Below, one piece after another: positions 40,808 through 53,800 of a DNA stretch of 64,000 bases. The DNA lies in NCBI RefSeq assembly GCF_037042905.1, contig NC_087251.1, positions 20,832,001-20,896,000 of the forward strand, read 5' to 3'. The stretch comes from Lytechinus pictus. Lineage: Eukaryota. The notes below the pieces were generated by a model that saw nothing but the letters and a program-made list of their open reading frames with translations, was not told the origin of the DNA and did not search any database. Every line of letters starts with the position of its first letter. Within the stretch, counting starts at the first letter, position 1. Both the position numbers and the translations under genes were made by a program.

Positions 40808-41405
40808 AGGACAAGTCACACCCCAACAAAAAGTTGATTTAAATAAACAGAGAAAAGTCCAACAAGTATAACACTGAAAATTTCATCATAATCTGATTTA
40901 AAATAAGAAAGTTATTATATTTTTAAGTTTTGCTTAATTTCACATAACAGTTATATGCACATTCTGGTCGTAATGCAAATGTGGAGACTGATAACGTCAT
41001 CCACTCACTATTTCTTTTGTATTTTATTATCTGAAATACGAAATATTCAAATTTTCTCCTCATTGTTAGGTGAAACAATGTTTGATTCCTCCCTGAACAT
41101 GTGGAATTAGCATTGTTAAAATACTATATGGTTCAGTCAAGTTGGTCCTTATTCTCAAATCTGCAAAAAATGAAATATTGAATAATATAAACAATTAAAA
41201 ACAAAAGAAAGTGAGTGAGGGACATCATCGTCTGTCTCATTTGCATGTCACGAAGTTGTACATATCACTGTTTTGTGAAAAATAAGCGAAACTTCAAATG
41301 TCATAACTTTCTTATTTTACATCCAATTTTGATGAAATTTTCAGCGTTATAGTTTGATTTTTCTCTATTTATTAAAATCAACATTTTGGGGGATGGACTT
41401 GACCT
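40808..41405. mobile_element. Same TTAA MITE family
   Basis: TTAA|AGGACAAGTC..GGACTTGACCT|TTAA; colinear with 8783-9384. Confidence 0.85.
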
Positions 41406-41413
41406 TTAAAATA

Positions 41414-42028
41414 AATGGGTACTCCCGGCTGAAATGATTATATCTAAATAAAATAAAAGTCACCAAGCAAAACACTGAAAATTTCATCAAAATCTGATAA
41501 CAAGTAATAAAGTTATTGAATTTGAAAATTTAATTTAGCATATTTTGTGCCATTACAAATATTAATTAGGTGGGCCGATTATGTCATGTCCCAACTTTTC
41601 TTTTTTCCTTAACATTTCATGATTATTTCATATTTTTGTACATGTGTCTATGGTACGCGGAATTCCCTTTTAACAAAATACATGTAAGTTACAGCTATGA
41701 TTATCTTTGTCTAAGAGTTAGATCAGTAGTTAATCAATTTTCTTCATTCTTGCCTGGGAAAAAAGTTGATTAATTTCATATATACAAAAGAATAAGTGGG
41801 CATATGACATCATCAGCTTGCTCATTTCATAATCACGGAGACAGAACTGTTTCACCAAAATAATGCAGAGCTTTAAAATGTCATAACTGTTTAATGTTAT
41901 CCAATTATGATGAAATTTCAGTGTTTTGATTGTCTTACCATGGACCCTACCACAAGGGGGTAGGGTCCATGGTCTTATTTTACTTTATCTGTTTGAATCA
42001 TATTATTTTCACCTTGGAGTGCCCCCTT
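41414..42028. mobile_element. Related, older TTAA-type MITE directly adjacent to the previous copy
   Basis: Shares the ctgaaaatttcatcaaaat / tgatgaaatttcag subterminal motifs; degenerate ends gggtactcc..ggagtgccccc. Confidence 0.6.
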
Positions 42029-42134
42029 TGAACACCAACTTGACATCTGGGGGACGTTCCCTTTAGGGAAAAACAGAAGAAAATCATAAATCAATCAATA
42101 ACATTAAATTTTCAGCTAGTTTTACTGTCATTGA

Positions 42135-42498
42135 TACCCCTTTCATAAACCCAATAAAACATATCCTCCAATTCAATAAAAATTGCGTTCACAAACTCCG
42201 AAAATTATTTTTACGAGCGCCCGTCCTGAAAAAGGCGGATAATCGTCATGACAACTGGACACGCCCCCTCCGATGCGGTTGTGTTGGAAAAGGGTGACCT
42301 TGTGACCGCACCATGGCAATTATCCGCATTATTTGGAAATACGTTCATAAACTCAAAATCTTGTCCCGATGCCGCTATTATGCGGATAATAGCAGCATCA
42401 GAATAATGCGGATAACTCTTGTCCTCCTCTGATCTTACGACCAAATTATGCTGCTATTAGCCGCATAATTGGGTTTTATTGGGTTTATGAAAGGGGTA
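42135..42498. mobile_element. MITE, CpG-rich (probably young)
   Basis: Perfect TIR tacccctttcataaacccaataaaac / gttttattgggtttatgaaaggggta. Confidence 0.8.
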
Positions 42499-42846
42499 AT
42501 AGCCTTTCTTTTCTTTTTCTTTTTAATTTGTCTATCTTATAATGTGACAAAAAGAAAAATTACTATTTTTATGAATTTAGATAATGAATCTATATCAGTT
42601 AGTATACACGTGGGATATTGAAAATGTAAATGCAATATGTAAAAGGGGGAAAACGGAAAAGAATTGTGAAAATGTAAAGAAAAAAAATTGGTCAGGAATG
42701 ATAAAGTCAAAGTCATTTGAAAATAATGAGATCACTCGGACTATCTCAAACTGGCAATCTGGTATAAAGAGGATTGTGAGAAAGATAGGAACAACTTGCC
42801 CCAATTGTTTTACAAACTTATCAAGAATTCTGGTTTTCTCCAAAGC

Positions 42847-43548
42847 ATTTTTATACATCCGTCCTAGACGGGACATATTATGGTACCACGTAATTAGTAC
42901 CACGCTAGGTGTCCATCTGTCCGTCCGTTAACTTTTCTTTGTAAACGCGATAAATTCAGTTTGATTTAACCTAGGCTCATGTAATTTGGTGTGTATGATA
43001 CGAGCATAAATCGCAGGAAGCCTATTGATTTTATTGATTTTGCGGAACGAAACGAATAAATAAAAAAATAAAACATGTAGGCTCATATAACATAGATCCC
43101 AGGAAGCCTATTGATTTTGAGGTCAAAAGGTCAAAGGTCAAGGTCACACTGACATGTTTCCATCTTACCCTTCTGAAGTCCTTGTAAATGCGATAACTTT
43201 AGTTTGACTTATTCTAGGCTCATATGATTTGGTGTGTATGATACTACAATGGATCCCAGTAAGCCTATTGATTTTGAGGTCAAAAGGTCAAAGGTCAAGA
43301 TCTCAGTGACATGTTTTCATCTTACCCTTCTGCAGTCCTTGTAAACGCGATAACTTTAGTTGAACTTAACCGAGGCTCATATAATTTGGTGTGTATGATG
43401 CTAGCATAGATCCCAGCAATTCTATTGATTTTGAGGTCAGAAGGTCAAAGGTGAAGTCGCCACCTTCTACTTTTCTTGCTTGACCAATATCTCCATTTTC
43501 CGTGTTACAGGCGGGCGTATTATGTGCTCGCCTGAGCGACACTCTCAT
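42847..43548 (+). mobile_element. Second HINE/pearl-like element family with (GTCC)n and ~157-bp core repeats
   Basis: 5' hairpin tccgtcctagacggga; gtccatctgtccgtccg microsatellite; 3-4 core repeats (gtaaacgcgataa..cctattgattttgaggtcaaaaggtcaaaggtca); 3' end ggcgggcgtat..ctcgcctgagcg. Confidence 0.75.
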
Positions 43549-44097
43549 TATCCTTTCTTTTGTAATTAAGCTCGAGTACTTTCTGAGTTAACATTTCGAA
43601 AAAGATTTTAGATAGCCATTTCAAGCCAGTGGGGGTTCCATCCAAGCCCCTAAAATTATCAAAAGCAAGAAAAAATGGGCAGAAAGTGAGAAGAGAAGAG
43701 ATCAAACCCCCAAAGTGGAAGCCCTGGCTACGTGCCTGCATTTAAAAGCGAATAGAGGAGGTCTCCCTATCTTTCATGTACATCACAATGAAATTAAAAA
43801 CTATTCAAACTTTTGTCAATTACGGATTTAAATGGTGATTTATATCAAATTACAGTGATTTTGAAAAAAAAGAAAGCTATTAATAATTCATATACTTTCA
43901 GCAGACATTAACAAATATTTATCTCTCCTTTTTTCTTTATTAAATTTCATACCCACATTTCATAATGACAATATTAGCTAAATAAAGCTTAAAAAAAACC
44001 AAAGTTTGGTTAAAACTGAAAACTTATTTTCAATTTGGTACAAATTGTTTGTATTAATTTTTTGTCAATAGTCTGTATTTTTTAAATTTTATAGTGA

Positions 44098-44372
44098 GAG
44101 TGTCATGGTCTAGTGGTTATCTAGTGGTTATCTTGTCTTTCAATCTGAACAATGTGGGTTCGATTCCAAACTATGGCATGTTTTCCTTCAGCAAGAAATT
44201 TTCCCCACATTGTGCTGCACTCGACCAGGTGAGGTGTATGGGTACCCGATAGGAAGAATTTCCTTGAATGCTTGAGTGCCTATACGGCGGCTCGGCTACA
44301 GCCGGGGTAACAATATGATACCGTATCAAAAGAGTTTAAAGTGACTGCGCTATATAAATGTTCTACAGTATA
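44098..44372 (+). mobile_element. tRNA-derived SINE, related core
   Basis: tggtctagtgg A box, gggttcgattcc B box, ctcgaccaggtg..tgggtacc core, gcgctatataaatg tail. Confidence 0.75.
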
Positions 44373-45561
44373 TTGTTATTTGATTTGATTTTGTGTAGAT
44401 GATAGTAATACTTCTTAGTTATACTGTATGTTCTTATTACAGGTTGAGTAACAGGGTGGAGTCCTCCAAATACTGTACACTATCTTATAATGCAGCTACA
44501 GTGTATATAAAATGTTATTTTTTGACATTTATTGACCCACATCCTGTTATCGAGCTATCTCTCTGTCCTTCTTACATACGCACTTGTCTGCGTTGTTGTG
44601 TATCCAAGAAACAGCTTACTGATCTGTTGGAGTAAAGTTCTAAAGGATTCTTCTTCAGTCCAGTGATCACAATACGGGACTGTGTGCTCAGGGCTTTAAG
44701 TCCTTGGGATTGTGTGGCTATTGTTGGAGGTAGAAGAATGAAAGGGGAAGGGGGGAACACAGACAGTTGTAGGGGTAATTATCTATCAATGTACGCACAA
44801 TAACATGTACTTGTAGGCTGCATGCTTGTGCGGTGAACAAATATTGTACATCAAGCCCGGTGATCGAGAGATTGAAGATGGCCCTTTCTAAGTTTCCTAA
44901 TTGATTTTGTACAGTACATCAGCCTCTAATGTGCAACCTCGAATGTGCACAAGGGGATAATTGTTTTTACGTACATGTTACATAAGAAATCAAATTCAAG
45001 ACAAGATACAACTTACATGCTTACATGTAACTCTACTTTTCTATAAACAAAGCCCCAAACTAGTGAACCCAACAAGAGAATTTACGGAAAGCTGTTAAAA
45101 ACAAAAAAGTTTGATAATTTATTTATATTCATACTACATTGTACATGTACATGGCATGTGGGAAAGAAAGTTTTTATGTGGTAAAAAAAAGTAGTCCTGA
45201 GAATATTGATCAGATTTGCCTATCTGTAAATATGGGCTACCTACATGTATTATTTTTATTAAAAACTTTTTTTGCACATTCTTGATAATAATATTTACTT
45301 ACTTTACTCCAAATTAACTTCTGGGATATATTTACACAATATTTCAGCAAAAAAATATTTTCTTTTTTTAAAAGTCATGTTCACCCCCATAAAATACATA
45401 ATAGAAAAAATTGAACAAGCATAATTCGTTGAAAAAATGAACAAAATATGTAAAAGAAAAAAGTTTTGGTATTTTCAAGTTTTGCCTAAAGATGTTTTTA
45501 ATCCTTATGGAATCTACTGTACATTTTAAAGTATAATTTGTAACTTATTTTGATTAAGTGG

Positions 45562-45667
45562 AGAGTTTCTTTATTGATCTGCTCTGTAAAAAATGAAATA
45601 CACTGTGTTTGTTTAGAGTTTCTTTATTGATCTGCTCTGTAAAAAATGAAATACACTGTGTTTGTTT
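45562..45667. repeat. Perfect 53-bp tandem duplication
   Basis: agagtttctttattgatctgctctgtaaaaaatgaaatacactgtgtttgttt x2. Confidence 0.95.
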
Positions 45668-46936
45668 ATTTTATTTTTATCACTAAGTATTAAGTACACA
45701 ACAATTTGTGAGTTTGTGATGTGATTGGTTTCCTCATTTGCATTGCACCTGTCATTTTTTTAAATAAGCTATATTAAAAAGTGCTATGTTTCATTTCTTA
45801 TTTTACAGTCTGAATTTTATGAAATTATCAGTGTCATGCATAGTCAGTGTTATGCTTGTTACATTTTTCTCTATGCAATGAACTTTTGATAAATTGAAAA
45901 GGTCATTATAAATTCTCGAAAGAGCTTATACAAGGACCAGATATTAAATCAGAATGATAATCTGTTTGACTGTTTCAATATGGAACTTTCTGATTCAGGG
46001 TATTTTTTAAAATAGAATTTAAAATTGTACACTATTTGTACATGTAAGTATCAAATATTAAAATTGAAAGATTTTTTTAAATTATGTCTGGCAAAATGGC
46101 GTACTTCTTTATAAGTGAAATGAATATTTCTTGGATGACACTTTCCAGACTTGCATAGTTTGAATTCAGAGTTTTTCAACATATTTCAGAATAAGAACAT
46201 TTTGGGGAATTTTAGGTGATATGTAGACATTTTTTAGCAGTTTTAAATGGCATCACTGGTGTTTGATCAGTTACAATTTATGAGGTGATCAAAAGAAGAA
46301 GTGAAAATGAAGTTGAAAGGAGGTGAAAGTATTCAATGCTTGTGTGTTGGCCTCCAGAAAGAAAGAGGGAGATGGGGTGGTTCTATCTTCCCAGTGCCTT
46401 TCCAAAATGGTGACTGAAAAGGAGGGATTAAACACATAAAGCTTTGCACATATTTCAATTTTATCCATCAAAATGTTTGTAAGTGATGTTAACGTCTGCT
46501 TTTATCCCCTTCATTCTACTTTATCAACAATGCCAAATTAGCATCCAGTGTTAGAAAATGTTGAGGGAGAAATCCATTCAGACCTCAGTGCTCAGCAATT
46601 ATGCAAAAGCAATTAAATTCTAATTACCCTGCCTATTGCAGCTTCGGTTGTCCTGGATGCTTATCTTTAACAAGATTACATCCTTTATCAAAGCATTTTT
46701 AAATTTGAATAAGAAGTCATTGTACTTTCACTTTATCAAGTAATGTACATAACTGCATCCATGATTGATTTGTCTCTTTTCATTTGCTTTTGCAGAATAT
46801 TCACCAATTGGAGTATTAACATGGAAATGACTTGAGGCTTGACTTTTCTCGTGGATAGATGAATGCATGATCAAGCATCATGTAGTTTGTCTTCTAGTGT
46901 TGGCAATCTCCATGTGAGGTCCATGGACACATCTTG

Positions 46937-47830
46937 ATGAATTATAGTGGAACATTCCAACTAAACCGACCTAAAAGAGTAAGACGGCAAACAGTAAGCG
47001 GGGACATGGATGAAAGTGCGGAGGATGACCAAAAGCAAAGGGAGGAGATGGAGGAGGCGTATCGTAAGATGTTGATGGAGCTTGAGAGTGATGATGATGA
47101 GGAGGAAGAAGGGCCAGTCCAAGTGGAGAAGGAAAGGAAGCCTCAACGAGAGGTGAAAGGGGCGGACGATAAGCGTCCACTCTTGAATGAATCGTTGGGT
47201 GGATCATTGGGGATCTCACTCATAGAGAGACATAGCACTCCGCCTCCACCATCCATCGTCGTGATGGAGGATAAACCAGATGTAACTATTACAGTTGATG
47301 AACCCAAACAGGAGCAACAAAATGTTCTCACTGATGATAGAAAGAACTCTTTACCTAATGGTGGTAGGAATTCTCCTCATGGAAGAACTTCACCTAATGG
47401 GAGGAGCTCGCCAAATGGCCCAACCTCACCAACTTCACCTAATGGTAGGGCTTCGCCTATTAATGGGAGAACTTCTCCTCTAAAGAACAACAGGGTTGAA
47501 CCTATTAATGAGAAACAGTTACCTCATGAAATGCATACCAACAAAAACAACAACATCCATTCCTTTCTGACGGACAACACGCAGGCGTTTGAGAAGCCCC
47601 ATCAGACAAGCAATGGGAAGGTTTCGACTCCTGATAGTGGCGTTGATTCGTTGGGTTCGGAGAAGAGATCCTCTGTAAAAACAATTAGTGATTCCAGTGA
47701 GAAATCCAGAAAATCTAGTCATACAAATAAAGTTTTTGTGAGAACATTCAAGCAGAGAGCTAGTCAAGAGAACTTTGCATTGTATGGACTTCTTACTCCT
47801 GCCTTAGTCCTGGTACCAAAGATCGATGGG
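46937..47830 (+). CDS. TPC-like coding exon 1 (long disordered N-terminus)
   Basis: Acceptor tgcag at 46791-46795; ATG 46937; 298 codons; donor GGG|gtaagt phase 0, in frame with the next exon. Confidence 0.8.
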
Positions 47831-50800
47831 GTAAGTTCACTTGATTGAAGGGCATGTTCACTCATTTTTGTTGCTAGCAGATTATTTGTTGCAATAAAAA
47901 TGGTAATAAGAAGGAGGAGTAGACAAAGGAAGAAGGAAATGGGACAAGAATTACAATTACAGTGATAATTACAAGAGTAACAATGTGTGAGAAATTAATA
48001 ATCTCTGAAAGAGTTTTGAAAACTGGTGTTTGATTAGGTTTTGAATATTAGTAGTTAGAGTGTTTATCAGGGCAAACTATCTGTTGTGTGATTCTGCAGC
48101 CAACCAAATAAGCACCAAAAAAAAAAAGCCCACCTCAATCAGAAAAATATTGAAATATAAAAATCAAGTAGTGGTTTTGTCACATGAATGAGGAATGCTT
48201 TTTGCTTTGAATTCCAGTGATGATGTTAATTTCCTCGAGCATGAAATTTATCCAAATTGTGATGCACTCAAGCCAGGTCAGCCAAAAATATTAATGCCTT
48301 GACTGCACTAAGTACAAGAAACAGCAGCTGGAACAATTAAAGGGATGGTCCAGGCTAGAGATGAATAAAAATAAATCAAAATCGGATAACAAATAATGAA
48401 GTAATTGAATTTCAAAGATTTGCATTATTCTGGTGAAACAGTTCTAGGAATGTCTTTATGAATATTCATTAGGTGGGCTGATGATGTCATATCCCCACTT
48501 GTTTTTTTGTATTTTATTCTATGAAATTAGGTTTATTCAAAAATTTTCTACCAAGAACTAAAACATTAGACACATCATTTTTAATACACATGTATGAAAT
48601 AATGAACATTTATGATTTAATGTAATAACATAAGAAAAATAAAAGTGGGGGTGTGACATCATCAGGCCACCTATTATTCATGACGATGTGCATATAACAA
48701 TTTTCACAAATATTGATAAACTTTAAAATTCAATAACATTGTTATTTATTATCCGATTTTGATTAAATTTTCAGCGTTTTGCTTTGTGAATTTTACTGTA
48801 TATATTTAGATATAAATATTTTCAGCCTGGACCATCCCTTTAAGCTGGGGTATAGTACACCTCTGAATAGGCAACTATTAGATGGTGCTGGAAAGATATA
48901 ATATGTATAAGTGCACTTAGATGTATTACATGTAGCTTTGTAAGTGTAAAATCAGTGTTTATTTGTATGTAATTATGTTTATAGTCATGAAAGTAAAAAA
49001 AATATTATTCATCCGGTCCAAAGTTATGTAGAATTATAAATGATAAAACAACAACAACAACTAAACTTACTGTGAAGATAAGTTCTGGAACAATGCAGGA
49101 CGAGGCACCCGGGAGTCTTCAAAATATTCCACCACTGGTCTTACAGACCTCTCCAAAACTTGACACAATCTCACTCAACCACGTAATAATGATGGATGCA
49201 TCCCATCAAAATACTTACCACTGTGGATTTGTCTTCACATTTTAGTTAAGATTTTATTCCACATAATTCTGTTTATGTAAATCAGCATGATGCCCTGACC
49301 GAGACGTTTACTGAGTTGAAGGGAGAAGATCGTGAATTGAAGCTGGCAGCAGCTCATATTGATGATGCAATCAGTGGAAGGGGAAAATATGGCAAAGCTA
49401 GAGCTTTCTTTAAGTCTAAGCAGGGAAGATGGTAAGTAAATAATGTTCTATTTCTATCTTTATTGTATTAACAATACATGAACAGTAACATGTAGTATTG
49501 AGTAGCAACTACTTAGAGACATGTACCTGCTCGATATTAAGACTTGTGATTTTCGATTCCTATCCTTATGATTAAGCCCAGATTCAATGAATTTTTCATG
49601 GCTTTTTATATAAAAAAGAAACATTTCAAACTGTGTTGCTATATTGATTGAAATGGAAAGAGTCTTCAGCATTTTTAAAGCATGTTTAAAAAAGTCAATA
49701 TGCCTTATCGAGCAATCAGCAATGGAGCCAAAAGATCTGTTAGCTGCAAAATTTATAGAATGACTGTGCTAAAGCTAATTAAATCTCTAAATTTTCTGTT
49801 TATAATTTTTCTAAATTAAGGCCTTTTGAAAACTTATCTTGTGAAGATTTAGGAATTGCATATATCAGACAGCTATACAGTGTACAAAGAGTGTACATCG
49901 TGAAATTATTTCCTTATTTTTTTTCTTGAGAATCGGGTTTTATACACAATTTCTCTTGAGGATCTGACTTTTTAATATATGTATTTTATTTTTAAATATA
50001 ACTCATGAAATTTCAGATTGCGCCTTTCACACAACATGAATTTCAGAACCCTGCATTTTATCTGATAACAGGTTTTATCCAACAAGAAATGATTACAATC
50101 AATCAAAATTTTAAAATAAGTAACTGTTAATTAATTCCAAATACCAAACTTGATGACTTTAAACAAAACATGTAAACTGATGATATTCAAAATCATTTAT
50201 CAGTTATGAGTAAACACCATGAATCAATTTACATGTACAGTTTTAAATAAATAAAAAAAAGTTAATGAATAGGGTAATGGCTGTATGTGAACGTTATAGA
50301 ACTTATGAGCATTAAAAAGAATTTAAACAAAAATTATACTGTCCTTTGTTCCCTAATAGCAGTAAAACAACATAACCATTAAATGATAAAAACACCAGAA
50401 ATCAAAAAAATATATCTTTCATTTCTCTCTATCCTTAAACACAGGTGCTTCAAGATGATCAACAACAAGTATTTCAAGTATCTAGTATTGTTAATGGCTA
50501 CAGTTCATCTTATTCTCACCTTTTTTGAACCACCCTCTTCAATGTAAGTTCAAAAGACCTCTTTGTATTACTAATCCACAATTTACAATCTACTTATTTG
50601 TTTATTTATTGTTTTAACCATAGTTTGGACAATATTTTAGAAGTATTCCTATAAAAAAAGTAGGTTACTCATTTCATTTTCATAAAGATATACTGAAAAG
50701 GGTATGATAAATTTGGAATAGAAATGTGTCTAGATTTAAAGGATTTTAAACTTATTTAATAATTGTTGCATCATTGTAGACATCTCACTATCTTTAATTT

Positions 50801-53800
50801 TGCTTGACAAACCTGAAAGGTTCTATGATCAGAAACCTACACCTTGACACGTTAAAATTAAAATTGGGACAGTTGTTTGTCTCCAACGACGCTTTTATGG
50901 AGGTGAGTTAAGCCCAGCAAGGTTTCAAGGATATGACGTGACTAAAACAGCCAAACTTTTGTGACATTTGAAATAAACAAGGTTCTCGACACCTTAGCAA
51001 CCAAAGAACTTGCTAGTCTGGAGTGGGTCAGTGTTTGTTTTAGTATCACTTTATTAACCCACTCTACTAAATCAATTGTGTGAAAGGGCACTTAATATAC
51101 ACCTGCGTTTTATCTTTCTATTCTTATTCAGACTGCCTGGATATTGTAATGATGCAATATGACATAAATTGGTTATTTCACAATTTGTTTTGAATAATGA
51201 TCATCATATCAATTCAATTTTTGTAATGTACACTGTATGTACTTTTTGAAAGAGAGGTTTTTCTTACCCCACCCATGTCATTTTCTTGCCTAATACTGGG
51301 AGTCGCATGGAATATATATAACTTTATGCAAGACAATAAGTACTACAGAAATTACCTATAATGTATTTGCTCTGTAAATATGTCGCGCTTAATATGAGAC
51401 ATCAATGCAGGGAAGTGCTAGTACTTGTAGCATTTCCCTCATTTATGTATTTGGATAATGTATTTACAATTTAATAGTACATTACATGTCAAAACTGAAT
51501 ACTCTTGTCTCGATCACACTGAAGTTTATCTTTAAAATGGATGGACTTTGAGCTTTGGTGGGCATTTAACAAATGTCCAGTATTTAGTCTTTTGATAGGC
51601 CATACCTAAAAGAGACTTCTTGTGTGCAGTAGTATTGATCAAATAGATTACTTTTAGGTATCAAATTTGATATCAAGAAATTGAGTGGCAGTGAGCTTTA
51701 AGGTCACCCACTGCAGTCTTCATTTGACTCTCATGTTGACTTACTTCATTGCTCATTTTTTAATTAGTCCAATGATAGATAATTGTCAATAGATAACAAT
51801 AGTTTATAGTGGAATAATGAATGATTATTTCTTTTGGTATAATTAATATTACTTTGATGTTATCTTAAATGTGTATTTTGGTAAGGTTAAATGCATGAAT
51901 AGTAATGTTATCTAATTGCCTTTATATAAAACTTCCCAAGTCACTCAAATCATAATGATTGATGATAACATTTCCTCTCATACACAGTAAAGCACAAACT
52001 CCCTTTTATAATATGAATACAGTAGAATGAACTATTGTGTTCTAAACTCTAAAGGTTACACTGTGTTTCCCTTTATCTTATTCAGATTTCTTTGTTGTCC
52101 ATTCTGTTTATGAAATAGAAGAAAGCATGTATTGCCATGTGTAAGGTTTAAAATCAGGTGGAATCATTGGATGTCTTTCAAAATCCAATTATTATTTTTT
52201 CATGTACTTCCACCTCCATTAACCAATGAGAATAATTCACTGTCATAAACCTGCCTGGTATTGTCTTGAAATGTACATTCTTTTCAAATTAGCCAGGGGG
52301 TGTTTCATAAAGCTATATATAACTTGCATGTGACTATGGACCATATTCTGATATCTGGTTTAACTTAGACCATGGCCTAACTCTGTGCTATAATTATGGG
52401 AAGCTAAAATATCAAAACTCAGACGAAAGTTTGTTAACATTGTTTGTTTCTTTTGTCTACATAGTACTAGTACTTTGATCTTTCCTTATGCTGCAGTGAT
52501 GAAGAAAACAAATACAGTTATTATTTCATGACATTTATGAATGAATTTGAGTGTCAAATGAGTTGGTAAATTGTACCTCTTCTATTAGAGGTTCATGTCA
52601 CGGTTAGTTATCCATAGTTAAACCACAATTTTAGATCAGATGTGTACAGCTGATGACGTGTTCTTGTATTATTGAAATGTACCCATGTTTTTCCTAGTAT
52701 CTGAATAAAGTGGGACTAAATTTCCTGTAATCCTCATCAAGTTTTGACAAAATTATAAACTTTGAATTCAAATGTTTGTTAACAATGAGAATTTTATCCT
52801 ACAACTCAAAGATTGGGTTTCAACTTTAGCGAATGAGAATCAAAGGATGGTGAATCAGTCTAAGAACGTATTCCAGTCATGCTTAACTTTATCAAATGTC
52901 AGCCTTTAAAACACCCTATCAGCCCTGGGCAAGAAGGCCAGATCCCCCTTTTAGCGAAGTCACAGGCTGATGATAATTATTATGATTCCTCATAATTTAT
53001 TGTATTTATGTTTTTATTAAAAATCAGATGAAATTACAATATTTACAGTTATTCATTGAGGTTAAAAAATCATAAATCACATTTACAAAGTTTAGGAAAA
53101 TGTCAGAAAATAAGGTTACAATACATAATCTGTACCAAACAGTACCTATGTAACTTATAAAATCTGAGTTCATACACATATACATTATCATTAAGCCATC
53201 AGCTATACAGCAAAATCAAAAGGGCGTATAAAGTATACACTTGATATTGCTCTCTGGACATTTCCTCAGAATTGCCCATAAGATGCTTAAAAGGACTTCG
53301 TACAGAATGACCAGATACATGCTTACATGTATGCACTAGTTAACATGAATTTGGCCCCCAAACAATAATAATTTGTCCCTTTATTTTGCAAAATGGAAAT
53401 TTGAAATCAAATGTCCCTATGAATTATTACTACATGCCCATGTATCTTCAGAGTGCATCCATAGTCCATACCTCTTGAATATAAATTTCATATAGCTCAT
53501 TGTTTATAAGAAAACTGTTTATTATGATAGCTAATAGCCTTAATTTGATTACTCATAATTTTAACCGTTCTGTTTATTTTTTGTAGGTCAACATCACCTG
53601 CCATTCTTGCAATAACTCCATTATGTATCTTAGTCTATGCTGCTGATGTAGGGGTTCATATGGGCTTCTTATCTTGGCCTGTATTTTGGTCATTAGATGA
53701 AAACAGATGGATAAGGTGAGAATTAACAACCTCATATTAAAATTGATCATTATTTCAGCAGATTGTCTGAGAATGAATCATAAGTAAATATAATCAATAT

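Noticed and set aside
47831-47848. Treating 46934-47848 as a standalone single-exon gene
   Set aside because: A strong donor gtaagt at 47831 splices in frame into the TPC-like exons, so the last 5 codons are intronic read-through.
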